Both the position numbers and the translations under genes were made by a program. Below are positions 47,286 through 56,401 of a DNA stretch of 64,000 bases, piece after piece; the first letter of the stretch is position 1; every line of letters begins with the position of its first letter. The DNA is from Escherichia phage S143_2, in sequence record MZ189261.1; one strand, 5' to 3'. Below the pieces are notes generated by a model that saw only the letters and a list, made by a program, of their open reading frames with translations, had not been told where the DNA came from and ran no database searches.

Positions 47286-47642
47286 TTAACCCCGGAGTTT
47301 ATTGAGCTCTTCATAATCAATCCAGGATTCTAGCCCTGACGGTAGGTCACATTCAATGTTCCACAGAAGCTCTTCAATGGCTTGCAGGCGATTATATTCT
47401 TCAACGGTAATGGTAACCATTGGTGCAACCGGTTCTGCCTTTTTAACCATCATATCGTTCATCAGGACGTAAAGGTCATCACGAACGACAGTGTCGTTCC
47501 AACCCCATGATTTGGCTTCGTAAGCTAATGATGAAGGGAGCACATTTAAAACTTCAATAATAGTTGGAGCATCAGGACCAAGTTCATTGGCACAAACTTC
47601 GTATACATCTTGGAAATCTTTAAGATTTAATGAATATGTCAT
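47286..47642 (-). CDS. hypothetical protein (118 aa)
   Basis: ORF track. Confidence 0.5.
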   Translation of the reverse strand: MTYSLNLKDFQDVYEVCANELGPDAPTIIEVLNVLPSSLAYEAKSWGWNDTVVRDDLYVLMNDMMVKKAEPVAPMVTITVEEYNRLQAIEELLWNIECDLPSGLESWIDYEELNKLRG

Positions 47643-47902
47643 TTAAAATATTCTCGCAGTTGGTCAAATCCACCAATGTGACTTCCATCAGGAGCAAACA
47701 CTTGAGGCATAGTCAATCCGACTTGTGATTCACGTCCAAGCTTAACCAGAAGCTCAGCAATTTTCTCATCATCGAACACACCTTTTTCTGGCATAACATT
47801 AATGAATTCAAATGGCTGTTTCTTAACAGTCAGCAATCGTTTCGCATTATCACAATAAATGCATTTATGAATAGTAGAGTCGTACCCGTACACTTTAAAC
47901 AT
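47639..47902 (-). CDS. nrdC: thioredoxin NrdC
   Basis: MFKVYGYDS..HKC.YCDNAKRLL thioredoxin active site; 87 aa after trimming. Confidence 0.85.
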   Translation of the reverse strand: MFKVYGYDSTIHKCIYCDNAKRLLTVKKQPFEFINVMPEKGVFDDEKIAELLVKLGRESQVGLTMPQVFAPDGSHIGGFDQLREYFK

Positions 47903-48308
47903 TATTTTTCCTTTCATCGATTAAATATGCAATGCCAAATACAATACATGTAATAAAACCTGTGATACAGATAGAAACCAACAACACTGTACCAAAGAAC
48001 CAAATAAGGTTATCTTTAGTAGTTTGTTTGATATCCATCTCACGAATTTCTATAGCTATCGTATCACCTTTATTCAGAAGCGTATAAAACGATGGCGATA
48101 CACGCCTGTCAAAAACTCGTCCTTGCTCATCTTTATAGACTGCAATAAATTCTAATTTAGAATATTTTCCTGTAGATTGGCCTGAGATTAATTCCACTAC
48201 CTCCACAGGAATTACTTTAGTTTCCATGTAAGTATTCTGGCTGTTCCAAATGAACGGAACGATGGCAAAAACTAAAGCTGCAATAAAACAACGAAGGCTG
48301 TATCTCAT
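47895..48308 (-). CDS. membrane protein (137 aa)
   Basis: two hydrophobic segments. Confidence 0.5.
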   Translation of the reverse strand: MRYSLRCFIAALVFAIVPFIWNSQNTYMETKVIPVEVVELISGQSTGKYSKLEFIAVYKDEQGRVFDRRVSPSFYTLLNKGDTIAIEIREMDIKQTTKDNLIWFFGTVLLVSICITGFITCIVFGIAYLIDERKNNV

Positions 48309-48613
48309 TATAATGTTCTCTCAAATTTGTGGAAGCATTTACGGCATTTCAATTTCAAGTTATCGGTGGTCCAGTTAACCAGTTGGACTTGGATAGTTCC
48401 ACATTCCGGACATGGATGTTTTGCTGCCGATTTGGCAGCATTTTCACGTCGTTCAACCATTTTCATTATTTCGTTCCATGCCGGAGGAACGAACTCTTCT
48501 TCACCGTGGATTTTATCTCGCTGAACAAATTCAATCTTTGAACTATCGTCAATAAACTTAACCAAGCCATGATTAGTGCTCATATCAATATCCTCTAAAA
48601 GACGTAGTTTCAT
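48308..48613 (-). CDS. zinc-ribbon protein (101 aa)
   Basis: CPEC...CRKC. Confidence 0.5.
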   Translation of the reverse strand: MKLRLLEDIDMSTNHGLVKFIDDSSKIEFVQRDKIHGEEEFVPPAWNEIMKMVERRENAAKSAAKHPCPECGTIQVQLVNWTTDNLKLKCRKCFHKFERTL

Positions 48614-49563
48614 TATAACACCTCAATGGCATTTCGTAAGCCATCCGCTTTCGCATTCAGAGCTTTTAACGATTTAGTTTGTTCTGCAATCTGGGCTTCG
48701 ACTTCTTTCAGACGAGATTTGAGATATTCGCGTTCTTCTCTTAAGTTATCAACTTTTTCTGCTTTAGGCTCTTTAATAGGCTTAGGTTTATACGTATTAG
48801 GGTTCTTCAGCTTAATTTGAATACGAGAACTGAATAACATTGAACCATTATCTTCAGTTTCGCTGAACATTTCAACAACATCCATAGTCTGTAACATCAT
48901 ACGAAGTTTATAAGACAGCGAACGAACGGTTTTGTTGCGCTTATTAATTTCTTCGGCTTTCATGGTACCGAGATTACGTGAGTAGTAATAAGGAACCTGG
49001 ATATCAATTGACAATGATGCGTTACCATTACCAGTTGGTTTGAATACTGCAGTAACCCAATCTTTAACATGAACTTTATTTGTACGACCATCACCGCCTG
49101 TGAATAATTTACGTGAATGTTTAAAAAGCATATTCACTTGGTTATTGAATTCACAAGCAAATTTATCAGCAAATTTAGTTTCAGGAATGGTAGATAACCA
49201 ATCAGCCAAATGAGTCTTTTTAACATCGTTAATAATAGTAAATTCAACTAAATCAGTTTTAGATGTCACAGATTTAATAAAGCTCGGCTTCATAAAGTTT
49301 TTAATGTTATCACGAGCTACAGTAGAAGATAATAAACGAGAACGTTTGAACCATTGAAGCAGTGTCCCTAATGAATGAGAATACGCATTCTGAGTATCTT
49401 TACAGATATGATTTTCTTGGCCTGTGTATGTACCAAAATCGCGAAGAATACCACTTACTACAACTCGGTGTGGAACATCAAATCCTAATGAACCAGAAGC
49501 ACGTTGGGCATGAACGTTAGCGATAAGACCTGCAAAATAATCAATGTAATGTGAACGTGTCAT
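48613..49563 (-). CDS. hypothetical protein with C-terminal coiled coil (316 aa)
   Basis: heptad-rich C-terminal about 60 aa; first of three similarly built genes. Confidence 0.55.
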   Translation of the reverse strand: MTRSHYIDYFAGLIANVHAQRASGSLGFDVPHRVVVSGILRDFGTYTGQENHICKDTQNAYSHSLGTLLQWFKRSRLLSSTVARDNIKNFMKPSFIKSVTSKTDLVEFTIINDVKKTHLADWLSTIPETKFADKFACEFNNQVNMLFKHSRKLFTGGDGRTNKVHVKDWVTAVFKPTGNGNASLSIDIQVPYYYSRNLGTMKAEEINKRNKTVRSLSYKLRMMLQTMDVVEMFSETEDNGSMLFSSRIQIKLKNPNTYKPKPIKEPKAEKVDNLREEREYLKSRLKEVEAQIAEQTKSLKALNAKADGLRNAIEVL

Positions 49564-49592
49564 AATATTTTCCTCTCGTTAAGATAGAAAGA

Positions 49593-49621
49593 TTATACTC
49601 CAACCATCCTTGGTTGTAAAC
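49593..49621 (-). promoter_or_regulatory. early promoter cassette class A
   Basis: minus-sense GTTTAC, 17 nt with caaccaaggatggttg hairpin, TATAAT. Confidence 0.55.
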
Positions 49622-49625
49622 TGAT

Positions 49626-50585
49626 TTATGATTTTAATGCATTCATTGCGTTAAAAAGTTTAGAGTACTGCAACTGGAGCTTGGTAACTACTTGTTGAGC
49701 ATCACGAAGCTTAGCTTGTGCTTTGTCAAGTTCAACAGACAGTTGGTCCACAGTGGCTTTAATTTGATTATAATAGTAATCTTCGGCCGGAAGAAGGTCA
49801 TTAGAAACATTTAGTTTTACTGCAGACAGTTTGCACACATTTGGCAAACCTTTAAACATTGATTTACCCGAAGTAGAATAAGCACTTAGGACTTCGGCCT
49901 GTTCAATTGGGGTCCCAGTAAGCGATGCTTCAAACAATGCATTTTCCTTTTTAAGATTTTGATAGTATTCAGAGTCTTTGTGCCACCATGGCGCAGGAAC
50001 CTTTTTACCAATAGATACACGAGCCTGGATAGCGATATGGCCCTTATTCTTGATAGGGTCGATAATATTAAGCTCACGAGAATAAATTGCTTTAATCTGG
50101 TGAATATTATCACCTAACACTTCCAACGCTCGGTGGAATACACGAGCAACGTTATCATTCTTAGGTTTATACGTAAGAGTGAACTCGTTCTCACTGATAA
50201 CCATGATTTCCAACTTATCGTAAGTATATTTCAAATGTTTCATGTTAATTGCTTGAGGACGAATACGAGAAGCAATGGCCATCAGATTGTTAAGGTTATT
50301 CCGGAACTGCTTAGCGAAATATTGTCCTTCACCACCAATACAAAAATTACGAAGTTTCTGTTTGGCTAATAAACGGCTGAACTCACCATTTTTAATGAAC
50401 TCTTTAACGGGTGTGTTAGTAACGCATTCAAATTGAGTAAACTTACGAGAAGTAATCCCATAATACGAACAGATTTCCTCAATCTCTTCAGGAGTCTTTA
50501 CAGGCATACGGATAGGATTAGGACCTGGGGTATATGCGTTCGAGGTAAATTCTTTGATAAGTTCTCTACGTGTAATAAAAGCCAT
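49626..50585 (-). CDS. hypothetical protein with C-terminal coiled coil (319 aa)
   Basis: ORF track. Confidence 0.55.
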   Translation of the reverse strand: MAFITRRELIKEFTSNAYTPGPNPIRMPVKTPEEIEEICSYYGITSRKFTQFECVTNTPVKEFIKNGEFSRLLAKQKLRNFCIGGEGQYFAKQFRNNLNNLMAIASRIRPQAINMKHLKYTYDKLEIMVISENEFTLTYKPKNDNVARVFHRALEVLGDNIHQIKAIYSRELNIIDPIKNKGHIAIQARVSIGKKVPAPWWHKDSEYYQNLKKENALFEASLTGTPIEQAEVLSAYSTSGKSMFKGLPNVCKLSAVKLNVSNDLLPAEDYYYNQIKATVDQLSVELDKAQAKLRDAQQVVTKLQLQYSKLFNAMNALKS

Positions 50586-50612
50586 TTTATATTCCTCATG
50601 TTGAAAAATTTA

Positions 50613-50641
50613 TTATACTCCAACCATCCTTGGTTGTACAT
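50613..50641 (-). promoter_or_regulatory. early promoter cassette class A (variant -35)
   Basis: same ctccaaccatccttggttg core, TATAAT, -35 TGTACA. Confidence 0.5.
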
Positions 50642-51636
50642 CATTCCTTAAGAAGTTTTACTACCTGAATAAGATTAGCTCGTTCTGTTTTATTTTTACC
50701 GTTTAAGCCTGCTAATCGTGAGATTTCATCGTCAGTCTGTTGAATAGTTACATTAAGTTCGTTAATCAAAGCTTCAAAGTATTTGATTTGCTCAGCATGT
50801 TTTGATTCAAATTTCTGAACTGGAATAACGTCTTGGTTTAGTTCATCAATAAGGTCTTTAAGAGCATCTTCTTGGTTGATATCATATTCAACTTCTTTTA
50901 TTTCTTCAACGAGCTCGTCTTTATATCTAACGTCTTTTAGTCCTGGTGCTGGTCCTGAAATCTCTTCTTTAAGAGTACAAACATATCCAATACGATATCC
51001 AATGCCGTCTCGCTTGATATCAACTTCGTCAATAAATCCACAATGTTTAAGACCAGAGCCGATTAAGTCAAAATATCCTTGACGTCGTCCTTCAAACGTT
51101 ACACGAACTACTAAGACAGTTTTACCTGCAACCTTTTGAAGCTCACATTTATAAAAGTCTGTTGAACCTGAATAACGTGGATGAGTTTTAAAGTTCATCT
51201 GACGATCTAGGCCCATTTGTAAGCGTGCTGATACGGCCATAAAACGTGTTTGGTTCTCGTTAAGATGAGCAACAATCCATTTCAAAGGCATTTTACACTG
51301 TTCACGACCGAACAAATCAGTATATCCTAGATTACGCAGAATGTTGTTAGAGTTAATCATCGACAGAACGTTAAGTTTATTCAGCGCGCTGAAGATTCCA
51401 TCGGCCATTGATTTTCCGTAACCTTTACACGCTTTAATAAGCGCTCGCGGTAGATTAGTATAGATTTCAGACGGCATATGAAAATCAAATTTACTAGTCA
51501 GTAATTGATGAACTTGGATAGCAATTTGCTCATAATTAAGCGCTCTGCGATCATTATGGTCTTTAAACCACACTTTAATCTGTGAAGCACATAAACCGTT
51601 AATTTCATGTTTTACCGCATCAGATGTAATGCTCAT
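50641..51636 (-). CDS. hypothetical protein with C-terminal coiled coil (331 aa)
   Basis: ORF track. Confidence 0.55.
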   Translation of the reverse strand: MSITSDAVKHEINGLCASQIKVWFKDHNDRRALNYEQIAIQVHQLLTSKFDFHMPSEIYTNLPRALIKACKGYGKSMADGIFSALNKLNVLSMINSNNILRNLGYTDLFGREQCKMPLKWIVAHLNENQTRFMAVSARLQMGLDRQMNFKTHPRYSGSTDFYKCELQKVAGKTVLVVRVTFEGRRQGYFDLIGSGLKHCGFIDEVDIKRDGIGYRIGYVCTLKEEISGPAPGLKDVRYKDELVEEIKEVEYDINQEDALKDLIDELNQDVIPVQKFESKHAEQIKYFEALINELNVTIQQTDDEISRLAGLNGKNKTERANLIQVVKLLKE

Positions 51637-51698
51637 AACTATTTCCTCAGATTGAATTGGAACTCAAAACCATTATAACCCTTCCTTGGGTAAAGCGT

Positions 51699-52226
51699 TT
51701 ATGCGTGAACCGTCTTTAAACGTTCTTCAAATTTCCGAAGAGTACTAATACGTTCTGCTTTCTGTTTTGTATAGTTTGCAATACGTTCTGAAGTGAGAGC
51801 GTATCGTTCGTTTACTGTTTCTTTCATGAAGTCAGGGATTTCACGAGAAGCTTTAATTTCATCAAACTTATCGAGTACTGCCTGGTCTTCAGCGATTAAA
51901 TTTTCGTACATCTCGATATCTTTCTTGATAAACTCGATATCTTCCTGGGTTACTTTGGATAAACGAGATGCTTTATCCTTTTTGTACTGCTCGTTAGTTT
52001 CACGAGACCAGAATAATGTACGTTTTTTGTTAGTGTTTTTGTAGACTTCCACAATTCCAACTGAATCGATGATAGCAATCCAATTCCAGCGAGATTTGAA
52101 AATCTGACCTCCGTCCACGGTAATCTCGTTACCATAAGCAACGTCATTAAAGAACTTGCTTTGTGCTTCAGATTTAAATTTACCGTCGTTATAATTTACC
52201 AGGTTGAAAATATCTTTAGCGTTCAT
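51699..52226 (-). CDS. hypothetical protein (175 aa)
   Basis: ORF track. Confidence 0.5.
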   Translation of the reverse strand: MNAKDIFNLVNYNDGKFKSEAQSKFFNDVAYGNEITVDGGQIFKSRWNWIAIIDSVGIVEVYKNTNKKRTLFWSRETNEQYKKDKASRLSKVTQEDIEFIKKDIEMYENLIAEDQAVLDKFDEIKASREIPDFMKETVNERYALTSERIANYTKQKAERISTLRKFEERLKTVHA

Positions 52227-52244
52227 GTTTTACCTCCAGTAGTT

Positions 52245-52282
52245 GATAGGTCTATAATAACATAACCATAGACCTTGTAAAC
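52245..52282 (-). promoter_or_regulatory. early promoter with stem-loop
   Basis: minus-sense GTTTAC, 17 nt, TATTATAGACCTATC; aggtcta...tagacct arms. Confidence 0.55.
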
Positions 52283-52284
52283 AA

Positions 52285-52572
52285 CTAAAAGAAACTTTTT
52301 TCGGTATTTTTTCCACTGAACCAAACAGACTTCGGGATTTTTTGTAATTTTTCAGATTTAAGTTTCTCTTCCTGTTCTTTCTTATATACACTCTTGTCGT
52401 ACTGGAGCATCTCTATGGCATTCTTTTGCAAATGATCTAAGGTAATTAAGGCTTTAGTTTTTCCTTTCAAGGAAGAGTCCTGGCGAACTTCCTCGCTATA
52501 TTGCATCGTAGAACTAACCATACGATGTGCATACAGTTCGACTGCGGCTTTGATTTTTTGCATAAAATCCAT
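52285..52572 (-). CDS. hypothetical protein (95 aa)
   Basis: ORF track. Confidence 0.45.
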   Translation of the reverse strand: MDFMQKIKAAVELYAHRMVSSTMQYSEEVRQDSSLKGKTKALITLDHLQKNAIEMLQYDKSVYKKEQEEKLKSEKLQKIPKSVWFSGKNTEKSFF

Positions 52573-52710
52573 AACATATCCTCTTTGATTTGTACATCAT
52601 TATTTTTAAATATTTCTATGCCCTCAGTAAGTTCCTAGTGTCCTTCTTTGAGGTAAGCCATATGATTATTCATCTTTATGGCTTTTGTTACCTCAGGACT
52701 TCCTGTAAGC

Positions 52711-53712
52711 TTATTTCAGTAAAGTTACTTCAGAGATTTCCTCCCAACCATCTTTATCAGTTGAAATAAAATCTGCCACATAAAGAGCCGTACGTAATGA
52801 TACATTGCGAAGACGAGATACGTTAGCCTTCATCCAGGACAATGCTTTGTACGTTTCAGCATCAGTCAGACCACGTTTCTGCATCATGTCAGTAGATAAT
52901 ATTACATCTTCAACTCGAACCATAATCTCTTCATTAGAGTGTACTCCAAGATCGAGATATACTGAACGAGATACTAAAGCTTGAAGGTGAGGAGCAAGTT
53001 TCGAACCACGTTCTAACTCTTTATCAATATCAACGTTTGTAATGAAAACGATAGTACCTTCAAACTCAAATTCTTTATCAATACCCTTATCATCGAGATA
53101 AGATGACGCAGTGCTCCAACAAACTTTGCGTTTATCACCGGTATCTAATGCTGCTTTAAGAAGGTTCAAGATGTCCATATCCGAGAATACGTCAACGTCG
53201 TCGATTAAGAGAACGCTGTCTGCATCACGGTTGAGCCAAAGTTGTTCGTAAAGGCCAATACCAGAGATTTTACCATTAATACTTTTGTATTTGATGAAAC
53301 CATTATCATTAGCATTATTAAGTGCTTTATCCAGAGAATACGTCTTACCAATACCTGCTGCACCTGAAATAATGAGTGAACGAATTTTGCCATCGATAAT
53401 ACCATTCGTCATCATGTTCATTACTTTAAAGCGTTTGTTGATACGAGTTTTCATATCTTCAGTGCTTTCAACAACTGCAACTGGTGACGTCTCAACTCCT
53501 TCCATTACGATGTCTGATTTGAAGACCCATACTCCACGTTCAGAACCGTCAATCATAACGAAAATTTTACCATCACCTAAGTGGGAACATTCAGGATTAA
53601 GCTTTGCCGGGAACCAGGTCTTTGTGGCAACATAAGAACCAGAGATTTCGTTATTACGATAGATACCTTTTTTGATTTGAACGTTGAACATTTTATTCTC
53701 CAATTTACTCAT
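52711..53712 (-). CDS. P-loop ATPase (AAA-like) with N-terminal unknown domain
   Basis: Walker A GAAGIGKT, Walker B VLLIDDVD, 333 aa. Confidence 0.6.
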   Translation of the reverse strand: MSKLENKMFNVQIKKGIYRNNEISGSYVATKTWFPAKLNPECSHLGDGKIFVMIDGSERGVWVFKSDIVMEGVETSPVAVVESTEDMKTRINKRFKVMNMMTNGIIDGKIRSLIISGAAGIGKTYSLDKALNNANDNGFIKYKSINGKISGIGLYEQLWLNRDADSVLLIDDVDVFSDMDILNLLKAALDTGDKRKVCWSTASSYLDDKGIDKEFEFEGTIVFITNVDIDKELERGSKLAPHLQALVSRSVYLDLGVHSNEEIMVRVEDVILSTDMMQKRGLTDAETYKALSWMKANVSRLRNVSLRTALYVADFISTDKDGWEEISEVTLLK

Positions 53713-53720
53713 TTCGTTTC

Positions 53721-53758
53721 GATAGGTCTATAATAACATGTTTAAAGCAAAAGTAAAC
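53721..53758 (-). promoter_or_regulatory. early promoter
   Basis: minus-sense GTTTAC, 17 nt, TATTATAGACCTATC. Confidence 0.55.
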
Positions 53759-53760
53759 AA

Positions 53761-53979
53761 TTATTTGCGACGAGATTTTTTGGTAAGAGGTTGAAAGAAC
53801 ACTGCTTTACCGGCTGGGGTTAAGGTGACTCGTAATGCATTACCGATTCCTAAGGATGCTTTAACTAGACCTTTAGCTTTCAGTTCACCGAATGCTTGAC
53901 GTTGGTCTGCGTCACGAGTGTTAACCATAAGACCTTTATCACCTGCTTCACGAATCATTTCTAACATTTTGGTTTTCAT
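53761..53979 (-). CDS. small basic protein, possible DNA-binding
   Basis: ORF track 53761..54036 trimmed to ATG (MKTKMLEMI) behind GAGGAGAA SD. Confidence 0.45.
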   Translation of the reverse strand: MKTKMLEMIREAGDKGLMVNTRDADQRQAFGELKAKGLVKASLGIGNALRVTLTPAGKAVFFQPLTKKSRRK

Positions 53980-53998
53980 TTTGTTCTCCTCTTGTTTT

Positions 53999-54036
53999 GA
54001 TAGGTCTATAGTATCATATCCTAAAAGCATGTACAC
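53999..54036 (-). promoter_or_regulatory. early promoter (variant -35 GTGTAC)
   Basis: minus-sense GTGTAC, 18 nt, TACTATAGACCTATC. Confidence 0.45.
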
Positions 54037-54054
54037 TACTTTTTAAAAATATTT

Positions 54055-54083
54055 TAACCCCCTAAAGGGACCCGAAGGTCCCC
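54055..54083 (-). terminator. UUCG-tetraloop hairpin
   Basis: minus-sense gggacc-ttcg-ggtccc. Confidence 0.45.
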
Positions 54084-54087
54084 ACAT

Positions 54088-54369
54088 TTACTTATCGCAC
54101 TTAGCAACATAATTAGGCATATCACAGAATACGGAGCGAGTAACTACTCGGCCCTTTGACCATGCTTCAGTTGCTTGTCCGGCCGTGCTATTAATATAGC
54201 TTGATCTAATGTTCTCAATACCCTGAGAATGTGATGCATTTACCGAACCATTAGAAGGCCCAGAAGACTGGTTACCACCAGCTCCTGCACTACCACCAGC
54301 AGCACCCGTGGTAGCACCAACAGAGAATGCCATCATTACTGCGAATAAACCAATTACTAATTTTTTCAT
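54088..54369 (-). CDS. secreted Gly/Ser-rich small protein
   Basis: signal peptide MKKLVIGLFAVMMAFSVGA; exact late promoter just upstream. Confidence 0.5.
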   Translation of the reverse strand: MKKLVIGLFAVMMAFSVGATTGAAGGSAGAGGNQSSGPSNGSVNASHSQGIENIRSSYINSTAGQATEAWSKGRVVTRSVFCDMPNYVAKCDK

Positions 54370-54400
54370 ATTTACCTCAAGTTAATGGTTATTTATCTAC

Positions 54401-55390
54401 TTATTTATAGTAAGAATTATGATTTTCGAGATAGACTTGTTCAAGGAAGTCATCCCAGAAACTCATATCTACTTTTTGTTGCATACCGTTCTTGGCAGCT
54501 TGTTCTGACGCATGTTCAACTTGGTCAACGATATCTTCTAGGAATTCTTGTACAGTTTTAAAAGTATGTTTACCAAGCTTAACATCGAGAATAAATGGAG
54601 CATCCTGAAGTGGGTAAACCAGGTCGCCTGTTTTGTAAATTTCCAATAATTGAAGTCCACCACGGCATGCATGACTCAATGCTTTCCAGTCAATACCTTC
54701 GTTAGCTTCTGCTTTACGAGCACGTTCGCCATAGTTCTCTTCTAGTTTAACAAGGATGGCATTGAACTCTTTATTGGTTAACGTGTCTTGGAATTTACGG
54801 TCTAACAGATTATAGAATGTTTGCTTACCTGTTTTCTCGTTTTCGGTTTCAACCCATGAAGCAAATTCACCTACAGGCAGAACATTCTTCATATGTGATA
54901 AACGAATTACTGCACCATTATCAAAGTATTGTCCCCATTCATTAGAACGTTTAAGGGCTTGACGAAGAACAGCCAGTCGAGAACCCTTGACACCGTATTT
55001 AGAAGCTTGCTTACGGACATACCCTAAATAAGATTTCATGTTAGTGGTATAGAAACGAGACCTGTTATCTTGAATATACTTCCATACATCAGGCAAATCA
55101 GATTTAACTACTAGACTTGGTGGAGTGTGAAGCATATCTAATGCGACGGTTTCACCATCCGCAGCTAGTTTAAAGAAATATTTGAGACTATACAACTCAT
55201 GGTCCACGTCGTCTTTTGTGTTCTTAGAAGATGTGTTATTCGTGTTCTTGCTCATATGTTCTTTAACGTTACCGGTCAAAATATCACGAGCATGAGGGAC
55301 ATAAATTTCTTTAAAATCGACGTCAGATTCAGGAGTAGACGTTCCATAAAGGTGGCTACCAAAGTAGCCTTTCATAATTGTTTTCATCAT
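54401..55390 (-). CDS. nucleotidyltransferase-fold protein (Pol-beta superfamily)
   Basis: GS-x9-SDVD signature (YFGSHLYGTSTPESDVDF), 329 aa. Confidence 0.55.
   Translation of the reverse strand: MMKTIMKGYFGSHLYGTSTPESDVDFKEIYVPHARDILTGNVKEHMSKNTNNTSSKNTKDDVDHELYSLKYFFKLAADGETVALDMLHTPPSLVVKSDLPDVWKYIQDNRSRFYTTNMKSYLGYVRKQASKYGVKGSRLAVLRQALKRSNEWGQYFDNGAVIRLSHMKNVLPVGEFASWVETENEKTGKQTFYNLLDRKFQDTLTNKEFNAILVKLEENYGERARKAEANEGIDWKALSHACRGGLQLLEIYKTGDLVYPLQDAPFILDVKLGKHTFKTVQEFLEDIVDQVEHASEQAAKNGMQQKVDMSFWDDFLEQVYLENHNSYYK
54402..54409 (-). promoter_or_regulatory. late promoter TATAAATA
   Basis: exact TATAAATA on minus strand about 30 nt before ATG of 54088..54369. Confidence 0.5.
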
Positions 55391-55860
55391 TTAGCCTTAT
55401 ATTCAAGAGTAGGACAGACTTTTTCTTTACGAGCTTTAAGGTATTCACCTATTAATGATTTCTTACGTTCAATAGGCCCAAGTCCATTTTTAATTCGTTC
55501 TTGGTTTTGCGCAATGAGCTCAATTTCTTTATAATATTTTCTGTCGTTATATTTGTCTAACAGCCAAGACGGACCAATTATCAATCCGGCAGAAATAAAA
55601 GCCATGACTGCTACCATTAAAATGCCTACACCAATTGAGGCCGGAACTAATGTCCATAGACTGCTAAAAACAAAGAATTTAGTTAAAATTTCCTGGCCAA
55701 TGATTGTGACTGCTGCTAAAATCGCAAATACAATAATTGAAACAGCCAATACAGGGATTAACGTTTTCCAAAAATAAGCACACAACGTTTTCGGACGATT
55801 CCATGTACTATTGAACGCGGCATAAATTTTAAAGTGCCAAGAGTTTTCATTGATAATCAT
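55387..55860 (-). CDS. membrane protein (157 aa)
   Basis: two long hydrophobic segments. Confidence 0.5.
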   Translation of the reverse strand: MIINENSWHFKIYAAFNSTWNRPKTLCAYFWKTLIPVLAVSIIVFAILAAVTIIGQEILTKFFVFSSLWTLVPASIGVGILMVAVMAFISAGLIIGPSWLLDKYNDRKYYKEIELIAQNQERIKNGLGPIERKKSLIGEYLKARKEKVCPTLEYKAK

Positions 55861-55869
55861 AATAATTCC

Positions 55870-56400
55870 TTATTTCAAAGTTGGGATAATGGAATCGAGA
55901 TAAGCTTTAAGAGCTACAGCTTCGTCTTTGGTAAATGTAGTAACATGTGAACGTAAATCATCATTTTGGCGAATAGTTACGACATCACCATCTTCATAAG
56001 AATTCATGACTGCCAAAGTCGTGGTATAGTTTGGAGCTATTGGATTAATAATGTAAGCACCACGACTGATACCCCATTTAAGTTTAGCCTTTTCAGGTGG
56101 TTCGGATTCCAAGAATTCTTTCACCTTAGCAACGAATGTTTTCCAGTTATCGATAGAAAGGCATTTGTCTTCAGTTTCGATATTAGCACCGTTATAAAGC
56201 CCATGATAAAAACGAGCCTGAAGGTCTCCACCAATATTAATTGCCGATGCATGACCAGGCGGATTGAGTTTCAAAATCTCGTCTAGTTCCATAGGACAAA
56301 TAGTAATACCATCATCTTCCTGAGTCAGAACGTATACATTACCACGTTTTTCGATAGTCAAATCACCGAACAGTTCGGTTGTTTCAATTACAGTTTTCAT
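55870..56400 (-). CDS. hypothetical protein
   Basis: ORF track trimmed to ATG (MKTVIETT). Confidence 0.5.
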   Translation of the reverse strand: MKTVIETTELFGDLTIEKRGNVYVLTQEDDGITICPMELDEILKLNPPGHASAINIGGDLQARFYHGLYNGANIETEDKCLSIDNWKTFVAKVKEFLESEPPEKAKLKWGISRGAYIINPIAPNYTTTLAVMNSYEDGDVVTIRQNDDLRSHVTTFTKDEAVALKAYLDSIIPTLK

Positions 56401-56401
56401 A

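Noticed and set aside
47153-47314. Hand-found 53-aa ORF
   Set aside because: Overlaps both the end of 47286..47642 and the start of 46987..47157; conflicting frames and no clear SD.
53205-53405. 66-aa minus-strand ORF and overlapping 116-aa plus-strand ORF
   Set aside because: Both lie within the AAA-like ATPase gene in other frames.
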